This document shows, one piece after another, positions 39,597-64,000 of a DNA stretch of 64,000 bases; positions within the stretch are counted from its first letter, which is position 1; each line of letters opens with the position of its first letter. The DNA comes from the human T2T-CHM13v2.0 reference genome, Homo sapiens, in assembly GCF_009914755.1 (NCBI RefSeq), contig NC_060940.1; one strand, 5' to 3'. The position numbers were made by a program, and so were the translations under genes. The notes under the pieces are model-generated. The model saw only the letters and a list, made by a program, of their open reading frames with translations. It searched no databases and had not been told where the DNA came from.

Positions 39597-41361
39597 TAAA
39601 CAGGACCCCACATTTTATGAGCGTCAAGCCCCACCCAGCCTAACTCCGCCCTTGCTTTGTCCTCTTAGAGTCTCAGTTTCCCCAGGTGTACGACAGGCAG
39701 TGTGGTGGCGGTAATGGGCTTCCATCAGTGCCTGCCACGTGGGCGTGGGGCTCAGTAGGTGCTGCCGCTGCTGCTGCCAAAGCTAGAAGAGCCCCCACAG
39801 GGCACAGAGCCGTTCCCTGGATCCCCTGGACCTGGTGGGCTGTTTCCACCTCCACAAGGCAGCCAATTCCCCGGTAGCTCTGACTGTTGCGAAGGCAGGG
39901 AGGAGGGGGGACCCCAGCAGCCTGAGGAGCTTGCGGCTTGTCCAGGCATGGAGGGTGGGGACCCTCTGTGGGCAGTTTTTGCCAAAACTTCTGGCTATGG
40001 TGAGAGGGTCAAAGGCGAAGCCTTGAGGTCTCCATTCTGGAATTGTCTGCCCGGGGTCACCAGGACCACACTGGGGCTGTGCCTGCATGCTGGGAGCTGA
40101 GTGCATAGTGACAGGTCGGCACTGGTAGGGGCCTGTGCAGATGGGATGGTGCTGGGGGTGGGGGTGGGGGTCCGGGCTTCCAGGCAGCGCCTGATGTGGT
40201 TTTGGTTACAGACACTGCCTGTGTTTCCCTCTAAGCTGCTGAAAAGCTCAGAAATGTGCAGCAGGGGCTGGAGCTCAGCCTGGGTTCTGACTGCATGCGG
40301 GAGGTGGGCGCCGGGATGACTGGGACTTCAGGCTGCGTGGACCCACTTCCTGGGTTTAAAAACGGGCTCTTCACCTGCCAGCTGTGTGCTCGGGCAAGGC
40401 CTTCTCTGCCTCTCTGAGCTTTGGTTTTCCTGTGTGTGCAAGACAGATGAATCACAGGCCCTGCCCCGTGGAGTGATTGGAAGATTCAGTGTGATAATTT
40501 ATGTGGAGGGCTGTCGCTTCTTTGAACCCCTTCCGCCGAGGTGTAGGGTGATGTCCCCTTGCCCTGAGCCTGGGCAGGTGCTCCTGACGGGAGTGGTAAA
40601 CAGGATGCCGCAGGAGCAGTGCTTTGTGACTCTGGAAGCCAGGGCAGAAAAGGACATCGTGTCCATCTGGCTCTTTCTGGAAATGCACCCTTGGAGCCCT
40701 GAGCACTGCATAGAAGCCAGCTGGGTCCCCAGGGAGTGACCGTGGCAGGCATTCCTGGAGGGTCTCTGCCGAGTCAGTCCCACAGCAGGGCCCGGACCAG
40801 CCTGGAACCAGGAGAGATGATGGGGACTACGTGACTCTGGTCTTTCCTGCCCTAATTCAGGACAACTTGTTCCTTAACTGGAGGAAACCAGGAAAGCAGC
40901 CCAGAAGCTGCAGGTGAGCCCGTCCCTGGGTGAGAACTGCTGAGTCCGCGGGGGAGTGGCAGAGCTGGGATTTGAAGCCAAGGCCATCTGCCCTTGAGCC
41001 TGAGGCCACCATGGCCCTGTCCTGCCCTGCACTGCCCACCAATCAGGAATTAGATTCAACCACACTTCTAGCATTTTCCATCACAAGGCCATCATTCTAA
41101 AATTTCATGGGCTCCCAGAAGGTAATAGCTCTCTCTGGGAATCACCTGACAGAAAGCACCCGCAGCAACAAAAAGCGATTTTAACCTTAGTGATTGGGCT
41201 GGTGGATTTTCGTTACGTGACGGGCAGCAGCAGCCTGTGCCTTCCACAGCAGACTTGAGTGTGTGAGTGTTGGCCACAGCTGGGCCTTAAACTCAACTGC
41301 ACATTTCACCAAGAACCAGACATGCTCCTTATTCCATTACATGGTGAGAATGCTGCTCTAG

Positions 41362-41496
<135 letters not shown>

Positions 41497-42448
41497 TGAG
41501 TAGCTAGGATTACAGGAGTGTGCCACGATACCCAGCTAATTTTTGTATTTTTAGTAGAGACGGGGTTTTGCCATGTTGGCCAGGCTGGTCTTGAACTCCT
41601 GACCTCAGGTGATCTATTCACCTCAGTCTCCCTAAGTGCTGGGGTTACATGTGTGAGCCACCATACCTGGGCTACTGTGGATGTTTAATATCTCCATTTC
41701 ACAGGCGAGGAAGCTGAGGCTCAGAGGTGCGCAGCTCAGGAGTGGTGGATCTGGGCTCTGAACCCAGGAGTCCAACTGTGGGGCTCTCTGATACACTGTG
41801 CTATGGGAGAAGCTCCCAGAAGTCCTAGGCTAGGAGCCTCTAGGCGAGAGAGTTGTTCAAGTCTCTTCCCATTCCCTGGCCCATGAAGCACAGACTCTTG
41901 CCCCCAAGGCTGGGCCTTTTACCTCCTAAGGTCTTTTTTTTTTTTTTTTTTTTTTTGAGATGAGTCTCGCTGTGTCACTCGGCCTGGAGTGTAGTGGCAC
42001 AATCTGAGCTCACTGCAACCTCCACCGCCCAGATTCAAGCAATTCTCCTGCCTCAGCCTCCTGAGTAGCTGGGATTACAGGCACCCGCCACCACGCCTGG
42101 CTAATTTTTGTATTTTTAGTAGAGATGAGGTTTTATCATGTTGGCCAGGCTGGTTTTGAACACCTGACCTCAAGTGATAAGCCCGCCTTGGCCTCCCAAA
42201 GTGCTAGGATTACAGGCGTGAGCCACCGCACCCAGCCTCTTAAGGTCTTTTAATTTCTCAAAGGTCTAACTCGGCCAGGTGCGGTGGTTCACGCCGGTAA
42301 TCCCAGCAATTTGGGAGGCCAAGGTGGGCAGATCACTTGAGGTCAGGAGTTTGAGACCAGCCTGGCCAACATGGTGAAATCCCGTCTCTACTAAAAATAC
42401 AAAAATTAGCCAGGCATGGTGGTGGGCGCCGGTACTTCCAGCTACTCA

Positions 42449-42547
<99 letters not shown>

Positions 42548-43632
42548 TTATCTCAAAAAAAAAAAAAAAAAAAAAAAAGAGTCTAACTCTTTATTTTCAG
42601 CTGAGGGGATGAGCCCAGAGATCAGCATCAGGACCAGAGCTCAGTCCGCGGTGGCACTTCCTCCCCTGTCCCGGGCATCATTCCTCCCCTGTGGTTTGCC
42701 TAGAAAATTCTGACTTACCCCATGGAGAAGAAATGCTCCAGAACCTTCCCCGGGAGGAAAACAGCCCTTGGGTAAAGGGTCCTTCACAACCAGCTCTTTT
42801 CTTTCCCACCAAGAGGTGGGACCACCTGGTGTGGGAGGTGGAGGCTGGCTGGGAAAACAACCCCTGCCCAGGTTTCCTCTGGCTGTGGAGCCGCGTGGAG
42901 GAAGAGGATGGGGCGTCAGAGCTCTCAGAACCGTGGCCTTGTGAAGTTCCTGAGCAGGCAGATGGGGCGGCAGGGGGTGATCTGGTCCCAGTCCCAGGAG
43001 GCCACCCCGAAGCCAGCATCAAGGCGAAGGCCATGTACAGATCAAACGTCTCCTTGAACCGCGAGGAAGGGCTGGTCCCAGCTCCATCTGGACCAGCCTC
43101 CACCATTGTTAACACAGGTTGAAGCCTCATCCGTCCGCACATGTGAGGCTTGCATTGACTCCTTCTGCCCTGGAATTCTTTTGTATGCTGCTGAATAAAT
43201 AAACTACATTTCTTTGGAATTTCTCCTTCTCCCTCAAAGCCTTTTCTCAGCTGATCTTGGAGAAAGGCGACACTGTTGTCCCCACCATCTTTTCGAGCTG
43301 CGCTGGATACAGGGAAGCCTATGGATCGCTGGGCGGAGAGCTGCGGTTTGGGCAGGTTTCTCTCCGCCCTTGGGCTTGGGGTCGGACAGGGACGTTCAAG
43401 GAGAGTGCTGGGTGGTACATGAGTCAACATTCTTAAATGTTATTAGTTAGGGATTTGAGGTTTTTGTTTCAATCTGTTTTAAAACAAACTTTATCATTAG
43501 TGAATACCATCACCCAGGACAAGGCTAAAAATTTTTCGAGCTAATCAATTTAAAGAAAAATATTAACTAGGCTGGGCGCGGTGATTCACGCCTGTAATCC
43601 CAGCACCTTGGGACGCCAAGGCGGGCGGATCA

Positions 43633-43976
<344 letters not shown>

Positions 43977-44465
43977 TCAACACCCTTATTTTATGGAGGA
44001 GGAAACAGGGTCCCAGAGCAGTGGTGATGCATTCGAAGTCAGAGAGACCTAGCTGTGGACACACCAGCATCAACCCTGCGGAATCCCATTTCCAGAACTG
44101 GAACCACAGCCCCTTGGCGGGGCTCTTTCCACTACGCCATTTCTTTTTCCTTGCAAATGAATCGCTGCACTAAACAATTTTGCTTGTCAGATTATACTGA
44201 TTTCTTTCTTTTCTTTTCTTTTTTTTTTTTTGAGATGGGATTTCACTCTTGTCACCCAGGCTGGAGTGCAATGACACGATCTCAGCTCACTGCAACCTCC
44301 ACCTCTGGGTTCAAACGATTCTCCTGCCTCAGCCTCCCGAGTAGCTGGGATTGCAGGCATGTGCCACCGCACCCAGCTAGTTTTGTATTTTTAGTGGAGA
44401 CGGGGTTTCTCCATGTTGGTCAGGCTGGTCTCGAACTCCCAACCTCACGTGATCCACCTGCCTCA

Positions 44466-44996
<531 letters not shown>

Positions 44997-44999
44997 CTA

Positions 45000-45197
<198 letters not shown>

Positions 45198-45344
45198 TCA
45201 CTTCCCCTTCTGAATGGCTGACCTATGTGTCCACTTAATCATAATGAAATGGCCAGGCGCGGTGGCTCACACCTGTAATCCCAGCATTTTGGGAGGCGGA
45301 GGCGGGTGGATCACGAGGTCAGGAGATCGAGACCATGCTGGCTA

Positions 45345-45686
<342 letters not shown>

Positions 45687-46675
45687 TTAACCTCATCCAA
45701 TAGAAATGGGTGGTTTCATTATTTTCTACTTCCTAGTTATCCTTGGACAAGAATTACCAGAAGAAACTCAGGCCTCGGCTGGGCGCGGTGGCTCACGCCT
45801 ATAATCTCAGCACTCTGGGAGGCCGAGGTGGGTGGATCACGAGGTCAGGAGTTCAAGACCAGCCTGGCCAAGATGGTGAAACCCCGTCCCTACTAAAACT
45901 ACAAAAACTAGCCAGGCGCAGTGGCAGGTGCCTGTAATCCCAGCTACTCAGAAGGCTGAGGCAGGAGAATCACTTGAACCTGGGCAGCAGAGGTTGCAGT
46001 GAGTCAAGATCGCGAGATAGCGCCACTGCACTCCAGCCTAGGCAACAGAGTGATACTCAGTCTCAAAAACAGATAAATAAATAAATAAAATATCTGTTCA
46101 TCAAAAACAAAGTTGCAGATAGAGATACTAAAATAAAAGTCATGTTGTTAAATGAAAGGAAGCACACAGAAGCCATTGTTGTGCTCATTCTTGGAACAAT
46201 TTATAAATATGTGTATGATGATGACAATAGATATCACTCCCTATTTATAAAATGTCCGGAGGTCACCTCTGGGTGTGAGATTACAAGCAATTTTCATTTT
46301 TTGGTTTGGGTGGACTCTAGTTCCACATTAACTGCAGCATTACTTTCATAACAACAACAAGTTCAAAAAACAGAAAGAGTCCTCAGCTTGAAAAAGCATC
46401 AAAAAGTTAGGTGAGTGGGTGAGCAGAGGTGTGATAAAGTGAATATGGCAAAAATGATCATCACAGGACTGAGACATCAAACTCGTAGATTCTTCTCGTT
46501 CATTTCTTTTCATTTTTTCGTATGTTGCAAAAATTTCATAATGAAATATTTGGGGAAATCTATAAGGCATCACTTATCACCCCAAAAAAACTGCAAAAAC
46601 CAATTCCCAACATTGATATGCACTGATTTTCTCTACTGACTCCCACTTTGGAAGGTTGAAAATAAGACTGCTTTA

Positions 46676-47023
<348 letters not shown>

Positions 47024-47217
47024 CTATTGCAAAGATGTTCAGCTTCTCAGCAGAGGGCCTTGTGGATTTGCTAGTCCCTACAGCTGCAAGCACACAGCTG
47101 AGTGAAGTGCGGCAAAGAGCTCAAGCTCTGACTTTGCATCCCGGCTGTCTGGCTTTGGCAAGTTCCGTAACCATTCAGAACCTCAGTCTCTTCTTCCGTT
47201 AAATGAGAGAGAACTTA

Positions 47218-47586
<369 letters not shown>

Positions 47587-47970
47587 TTACCTGAGGCATT
47601 GTCTACATTAGGGTTATATGAGTTCACTCGCAAGGGGTTGCTGTATGGTTGAAGTGACAAGCCAAAGGTGGGCTCCGTGAAAGGTGGGCTCTGTCTGTCC
47701 CATTCACTCTGCCCCCCGCCAGCCCAGCGCCTGCCCAGAGGTTCACAGTAAATGTGGAATGAAGGCAGGGTCCCAGTGCTGCCACTGGGTGGTGGTGAGG
47801 GCCTCAACTCCCTGCAGGCAGAAATCCGTAAAGAACGTTTCTGTGATGCCTGCCTGTCCTATAAGATTTCCAGATTTTAATTAAAAAAAAGGTGTCTTCC
47901 AAATATTTTTTAAAAGCAGCTTAAATCCTATCACCAAATAACATTATAAAATAACACACAATGAGCAAAG

Positions 47971-56172
<8,202 letters not shown>

Positions 56173-58164
56173 TAGAGTCTATTCAGCATTTCAGATGGAA
56201 AAGCCTCAGCATTCCTCTTCCGTGGGCCTCCACCGTAGCTCCTTTGAAATCTCTGCTCTTTCTTGCACCTTCCCATCTGAGTGTCTGTGCCGTGGCCCCC
56301 CCCTCCTCTCCAATACGAAGAGCCCACACTCAGCTTCCCTCCCTCCTCCTCCACCCCACACTGCCCGAGCACCTCACCTCCCAGTGACTGACTCGTCCCC
56401 GGTCTTGCACACACCTGGGGAGCGTAGCTGGCCCGTCCTGCACACCAGCCTTGCAGGCTCGCTGAGTAGACCATCCTTGTCTGCTCTTGCTGGGTGCAGC
56501 CGTGTGTAGTGGCCCAAGGGGGGTCATCTGGGAGGGCATAAGGAAGCTTAAGTGACGTCTACCACGAGGAAGCGTAAGTGATGTCCACCACAAGAGGCGT
56601 GGGGAGCGGCGGCAGCGCGTTCATCCACTGTGCTTGACGTCGCTTATTTCCCCGATGACCTTTTCCCGGACTTCCTAGCTGGATCTCCGTGAGTGCCAGG
56701 GCTGGGTCTGGGAAGGGTCTGGGACCCAGCACATCACCTGGCACAGTCAGTGTTTGCTCAATATTTGCTGAGAGAAAACTGCAGCCATGTCACCGATTTA
56801 CAATAGGAACTTCTCGTATGGAGCAGAAATGTGTTGTTGCCTGTGGCTTTGCAGGAGCTCCGAGCAGTGGCGAGAGGAAGTCACGGGTGACCATGGTAGG
56901 CATTACCGCCTGATGGGGTTGCTGGCTGGTCCTGAGCTCATCACCGTCCATCTCCTGCATCCACAGTGATTTCTATTAAGTGCAGCTTTTCGTCAGGCAA
57001 CCGCCAGCAGCACTGAGGGGTGGGATGATGGCATATTGACCAAAACACTCAGGGGGTGCTAGCCACGCGGCGGGTGCAGATGCGGACCCCCAGCCCCACG
57101 AGCTTGCAGTGCCGTTCAGCCCCGCTGCACCCCCGTCTGTCTCCAAGGCTGAGGAACTGGGGTGGGAGGAGGAGGAGGCACAGAGCCGTCTGAACACAGC
57201 TAGAGCCACTCACTGGCCCCTGCAGGGGAGCAACGCAGTGGGGAAGCCTGGAGGGAGGGAAGGGGCAGTTGCAGTGGGTGGGCATGGGGGCTCAGCTACT
57301 GGCACAGCAACACGAGGGAACCACGGAGAGCAGGAGGGAGGACGTGGGGGCGGGCGCAGGGCGGGAGCACCGGGCAGTCCACAAGGTGGTCAGGACCTCA
57401 GCTGGCGGCTGGGCTTGGGAGGGGCTGGCATGGAGTCACGGGCCACCGTCCCCTAAGTGTTTCCCTAGGCAAGGTTCTCATTCCCCTCGTCAGGGGAGGG
57501 GATGGGCACAGAGAAGTGCAGCCATGAGCCGGGAACAGAGCTGAGATGAAACCTCGGCCTCCCGTCTTCGGAACGAGAGTTAATCCACAGAGGAGCTAAG
57601 GAAAACGCCGGGCACCGAGTTGACGGGTGAGGGGTGTGAGCGATGGGGCCAGCATGGCCGCCGCACCACCAGCTCCATCCTGAGCGTTTCACGGACATGG
57701 CCCTCTTCATCCACACAACTGCCCCAGGAGCCACCGAATGAGGCTCGATGAAACCTCGACTCGCGTTGCAGCGCACGTCCGACCACACTCGCCTTTGATC
57801 GCATTTATCACTGGGGATCCAGAGGTCAGGGCTTTGTGTCTGCAGCGGTCCCTGGGAAACAATCTACAATTCGAAGCTCCACCAAACTCACTCAGAGTCA
57901 CGAAATTTCTATCACTGACTGCTTTCCTCCAAGGCCCAAACTGGATTTATAAACTTCCAAAGGAAACTTTATATTGAAAAAGCGATGTACCCACAGCATT
58001 GTAGAACGATGTTTACAAAGGAAAAACAAGGCCAGGCGTGGTGGAGTGAGCCTGTAGTCCCAGCTACTTGGGAGGCTAAGGTGAGAGGGTGGTTTGAGCT
58101 CAGGAGAAGCTTGCAGTGAGCCCAGATGCACTTCAGCTTGGGCAACAGTACCAGATCCTGTGTC

Positions 58165-58196
<32 letters not shown>

Positions 58197-58512
58197 GTGG
58201 CTCACACCTGTAGATGCAACTACCCAGGAGGCTGAGGTGGGAGGATCAATTGAGCTCAGGAGGTCGAGGCTGCAGTGGGCTGTGATTGCACCACTGCACT
58301 GCAGCCTGGGCGACAGAGCAAGATCCTGTCTCCAAAAAAAAAAAAAAAAAAAAAAAAAGGAAAAACTATTGTTTATGCCATCACCACCCAGTAAACATAG
58401 TTACTGATATTTTTACTTGCAGTGTAACTTTCTGGCCCCTTCCCATAACCACATGTATTTGGTAAGCTTTTGTTTTCAAAATAAGCCAATAACATTTAAT
58501 AAGAAACAACAG

Positions 58513-58858
<346 letters not shown>

Positions 58859-59464
58859 TCACGCCTATAATCCCAGCACTTTGGGAGGCTGAGGTGGGTG
58901 GATAGCTTGAGGTTGGGAGTTCGAGACCAGCCTGGCCCACATGGTGAAACCCCATTTTTACACTACACTACATTTTTAGTGTAGATCCCAAATATTTAGC
59001 ATAAGTATGGTTTGTGTAATATTTAGGATGCTCGTATTTTAAAACGGTGATGCTGGAATGCTCCTCCCCACCGTCATGAAGCTGGCACTTTCTTACCAGC
59101 TGGGACTTGGGTCCAGTGGGGTCTTTTCTGACCATGTTGTGTAATGCTCACAACCTCCCTCAGTGGAGTCACCGCTGGCCTATCACCTGCTTTCATTTTC
59201 ATCACAGCACTTATCACTATCCAAAACCATCTTCTTTCTTATGTACATATTCGTTTATTTTTCTGTAAACTTGTGTAGAGAAGTACCTATTTATTAATTA
59301 ATGTTTACTAATTTTCTTATCCCACCAGAAGGCAAGCTCCATGGGAGCAGGGGTTTCACTGTCTTGATTGATCCTTTCTCCCTACAAAAGACCACACAGC
59401 ACACAGGGGTCGCGGTGCACCTGGGAAGTGTCTGGGAAGCTGGACGATCAGAAATGGGCTTTTG

Positions 59465-59918
<454 letters not shown>

Positions 59919-60225
59919 TCAGAGCCTCTTCCTCAGTCCCACTCCTAATTAGTGCAGGGCTGGGCCAATCAGAGTCACTGCTCTGGGAATTTAGAATTGG
60001 AAGTGAGCAAGAACAGGAACAGTGGCTCCCCAGTGGCTGAATCTCTAACAGGTAAACTTTGGAAGCTGTTTGGTACGTTTTCATTTTTCAGTCTTGAGGA
60101 CCAGAAAGCAGAGAAAATATCTGTAGAGAGAGAGGGGACACTGACTTCTACCTAACTTCCCCAAAAATATTCACACCCAGGCCTGAGGGAAGAAACAGGA
60201 GCTACATACAGAATGGAGATGGAAA

Positions 60226-60466
60226 CACACGTGTGCACACATGCACACACAACACATGTGCACACACAAACACACATGTGCACACACACATGAACACACG
60301 TGCACATAGAGACACATGCACACACAGTGCACAATGCACACCCGCACACGAACACACACATGAACACGTGCACACACACATGAACACACATGCACACATG
60401 TATACACAGTGCACATGTGCACACATGCACACGAACACACATGCACACACACGTGCACACACATGT
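60226..60466. repeat. Degenerate alternating purine-pyrimidine repeat (CACA/CATG/TGCA)
   Basis: Direct reading. Confidence 0.92.
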
Positions 60467-62903
60467 AGTCGCTTTAGGAACTAGACTGCCAGTTTATGAA
60501 CTTGTGATGATAAATCACTTTCCCAGGATATAAGCGTGATGCTCACATCGTTTCCTCTCAGTCCAGGGGTCGCCCTTGAACCGCACAGCCACAGTCCCAG
60601 TCCCGACACTGCCAGGATTCCCCTCCAAGGAATTCACTCTTCCCCTGTCTCTCATCTTGGAGCTGCCAATTTGTGCCCCACTAGAGGAGCCAAGAGGTCC
60701 CTAGAGCCTCCTCCTCTGATGCGGACAGCCTGGCAGGCACCCCCCAATTCCGGGCTCTCAGGCCTCGTTTGGATTTATTTTGAAGGAAGCTATTGTCTAC
60801 TAAATGCTTAATTCTCCCAGAATGGTGCCAAGTGCTTCACACAGCCCTGCCCAATGAGCTGGGCCCTCCCGCACCTTTAGGGAATGAGCTGAGCTGTCTG
60901 TGGGGGGCACTCAAGGTGGGACAGGCACAGTGTGGCAGCGCGTGGATCTGGCTGCTGTTTTCCTTTGTGACTGGCACCTCTCCTCTCCCCCTTCCCTCCT
61001 CCCCCCGCTTTGCTCCCCCAGCCTTTCCTCCTTGGCCTTCAAGGCCATACACGCTCCCTGGAAAGAGCCCTTCCGCCACCTCCGTTACTCATCGTCCTTG
61101 GCCCATGCTTGCTCCAAGTGCTGGCACCCCCAGCTCCTAGGAAAACTGCTGGCAGTGTCCACGCCGACGGAAATTTCCTTGGCCTGTCCGTTTGTTTCGC
61201 TTTGTTTCTGGCCCTGCCACGGCATGGCCCAGGCCTCGGGAGCCTGTCCGTGTGCAGTTCTCTGCACCTTGTCCGCTCCCTTCCCTTTCTCTTATGGGCA
61301 CTGCCCCTCCTTCCATGCAGGGTTTGCTGTGTTTTCATCTCATTCTTCTCTGTTTCTCTCTGAAAACCTTTCTCTAGCCCTACCTGTCCTTCATCTGAGG
61401 TTCTCATTCCCTCCATCCCCAGCGGCTCCCGATTCCCAATCCAGGTGAACAAAGAGGACAGAAAATCTGTGAAGGAGAGGACCGAGAACTTGGAAAAATG
61501 GGCTGCAGAGACGGGGAGGGGACCGGGAGCACGTGAAGCTGAGTGGGAGAGAAATAAAAAGGAAACTGGGTTTTGGAGAAAATGACAAATAAAGTGAAAC
61601 CAGATTGGCCCGCGTGGACGGGAGCCAAAGGAGGGATGACCCAGCTCATTTCCATGGCCCGGGAGACACACCGGATCCTTCTTTCAGTCTGTGGCAGGGA
61701 GGGCCTAGATCCTTTAAGCAGATGTGAAGCCGGTGGGGAAGCCAAAAGTGGGGTCGGGACAAGGTCAGAGGCTGACGCTGGGAGACAGAGACAGCAGCAG
61801 TGGCCTTGGACCTGAGAGCAACCGAGTCAGGGAGGGGCCGAGGTCAGCTCGGGGTCCATGGCCAGGGTGCACGTCCAGTGAGGAGGGCGCCCCATCCTTA
61901 CTCTGGGAACAGCGTCCTTGGCTGTCCTGCGGGAGTGCTGCCTCCCACTCTCCAAACACACCTTGCTCCAGGCGGGGTCACCCTCGGGCTGGCCAGACGA
62001 GCAGCCAAAGCCGGGCCCCTGAGAATCAGCCCTGGGATGGTGGCTGGAACTGCCGGGAAAGAGGCGACATCGCTCCACTGGAAGCCAAGCCACAGCCTCG
62101 GGCGGCCACCTTCGCCCCATCAGGGAACCCCCGTGAGTGTCCCCTGGGGAAAGCAGAGTCTGGGGGAGCACTCACAGGAAAGCAGAGCCTGGGGGAGCAC
62201 TCAGAGCCCTGGCAGTCGACGACCCCTGCACCCGGTTGCAGCCCGGACTCTTTAGGATCGGAGCCGGCAAATCTCCCTCTTTGCTTAAGCCAGTTTGAGG
62301 TGGGGTTCTGCCAGGTAAACCAAAAAGAAGTCTTAAGACGGCTTACTGGAATTCCTCACTTGGAGAGCAGCAGTGAGATCCCAGGCTGCAGGGACAAGAG
62401 GGAGGAAGGCAGGGGGCAGCGGCGGGTGGGAGATGGCTCATGCTGGCTCTGGAGCTGACTTTGCAAATCTCTTCCCAACTCCACTATCGGTGACTGCACC
62501 TTCAAAACTTGAACTCGGCCGTGCAGGAGTATTTGCACCATGGAAAGTGGCGAACACCACACATCACCGCTCTCGTCCCTCCACCCAGCCCCGGAAAGCC
62601 AGCTGCTAGGCCTGTACCAGCATTCCCCATCCATGGACTCAGGAGGGCCGGGCTTACCTGGGACCACTTCTGAAAGGTGCACCAGCCCCAGCTTCCCTGA
62701 GGACAAGGCTGAGTCACGAAGCATGGACGAGGCTGAGCTGCAGTCTGCACAGGTGGAGTTAAACAGGCCATAGCCAACTCACCCCTCACCCGAGGTCTGC
62801 ACAGACCTCACCTGCAGCCAAATTACATTTGAGCACGCAGTAAAAGGATGGAAACTGATGATCCTCCTGCTCCCTCCCTTCCATTTCTTTGCTCTCAGTT
62901 TAG

Positions 62904-63842
<939 letters not shown>

Positions 63843-64000
63843 ACTTTTATTTGTCTGCTTGTATCAGGACTCTTGGAAGCAAGTGATAGGAACTTAAACT
63901 GATTTTAAAAAGAGGCTTATTAGTACAGGGGTTGACTTGGCTTCAGGTACAGCTACATTCAGAGGCCCCGAAATTGGCTTGGGCCTTGATTTCTCCCCCT

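Noticed and set aside
42678-43430. 250-aa (-) and 143-aa (+) ORFs in CA5A intron 5
   Set aside because: No recognisable domain or convincing exon structure; expected by chance in GC-rich DNA.

Overview
Primate (very probably human chr16q24) genomic DNA, dense in Alu elements, with two tandem minus-strand genes. (1) SLC7A5/LAT1: exon 1 (CDS 12201-11664), its CpG-island promoter and about 11.6 kb of intron 1. (2) CA5A (mitochondrial carbonic anhydrase VA): exons 3-7, with intact GT/AG sites, intact frame and all three zinc-ligand His; exons 1-2 are not seen and should lie beyond the right edge. Both translate to the canonical proteins as I recall them, which favours the parental locus over the 16p SLC7A5P/CA5AP1 duplicates. 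Also present: an RPS10 processed pseudogene in CA5A intron 5 split by an Alu with a clear TSD; four solo ERV LTRs whose ends are fixed by TSDs; roughly 70 Alu copies or fragments; old L1/L2/MIR/MaLR pieces; and several VNTRs. Most ORFs in the supplied track are Alu, low-complexity or GC-rich artefacts. I found no convincing new multi-gene system. The best leads are regulatory or RNA-processing: a sense-oriented LTR poly(A) site paired with an exon-1 read-through ORF in SLC7A5; a candidate alternative last exon of CA5A; an Alu pair around CA5A exon 6 that fits the known deletion; inverted Alus around in-frame exons; and ATF4/NRF2/MYC/TEAD motif clusters around SLC7A5. Repeat subfamily names and literature statements are from memory and unverified.
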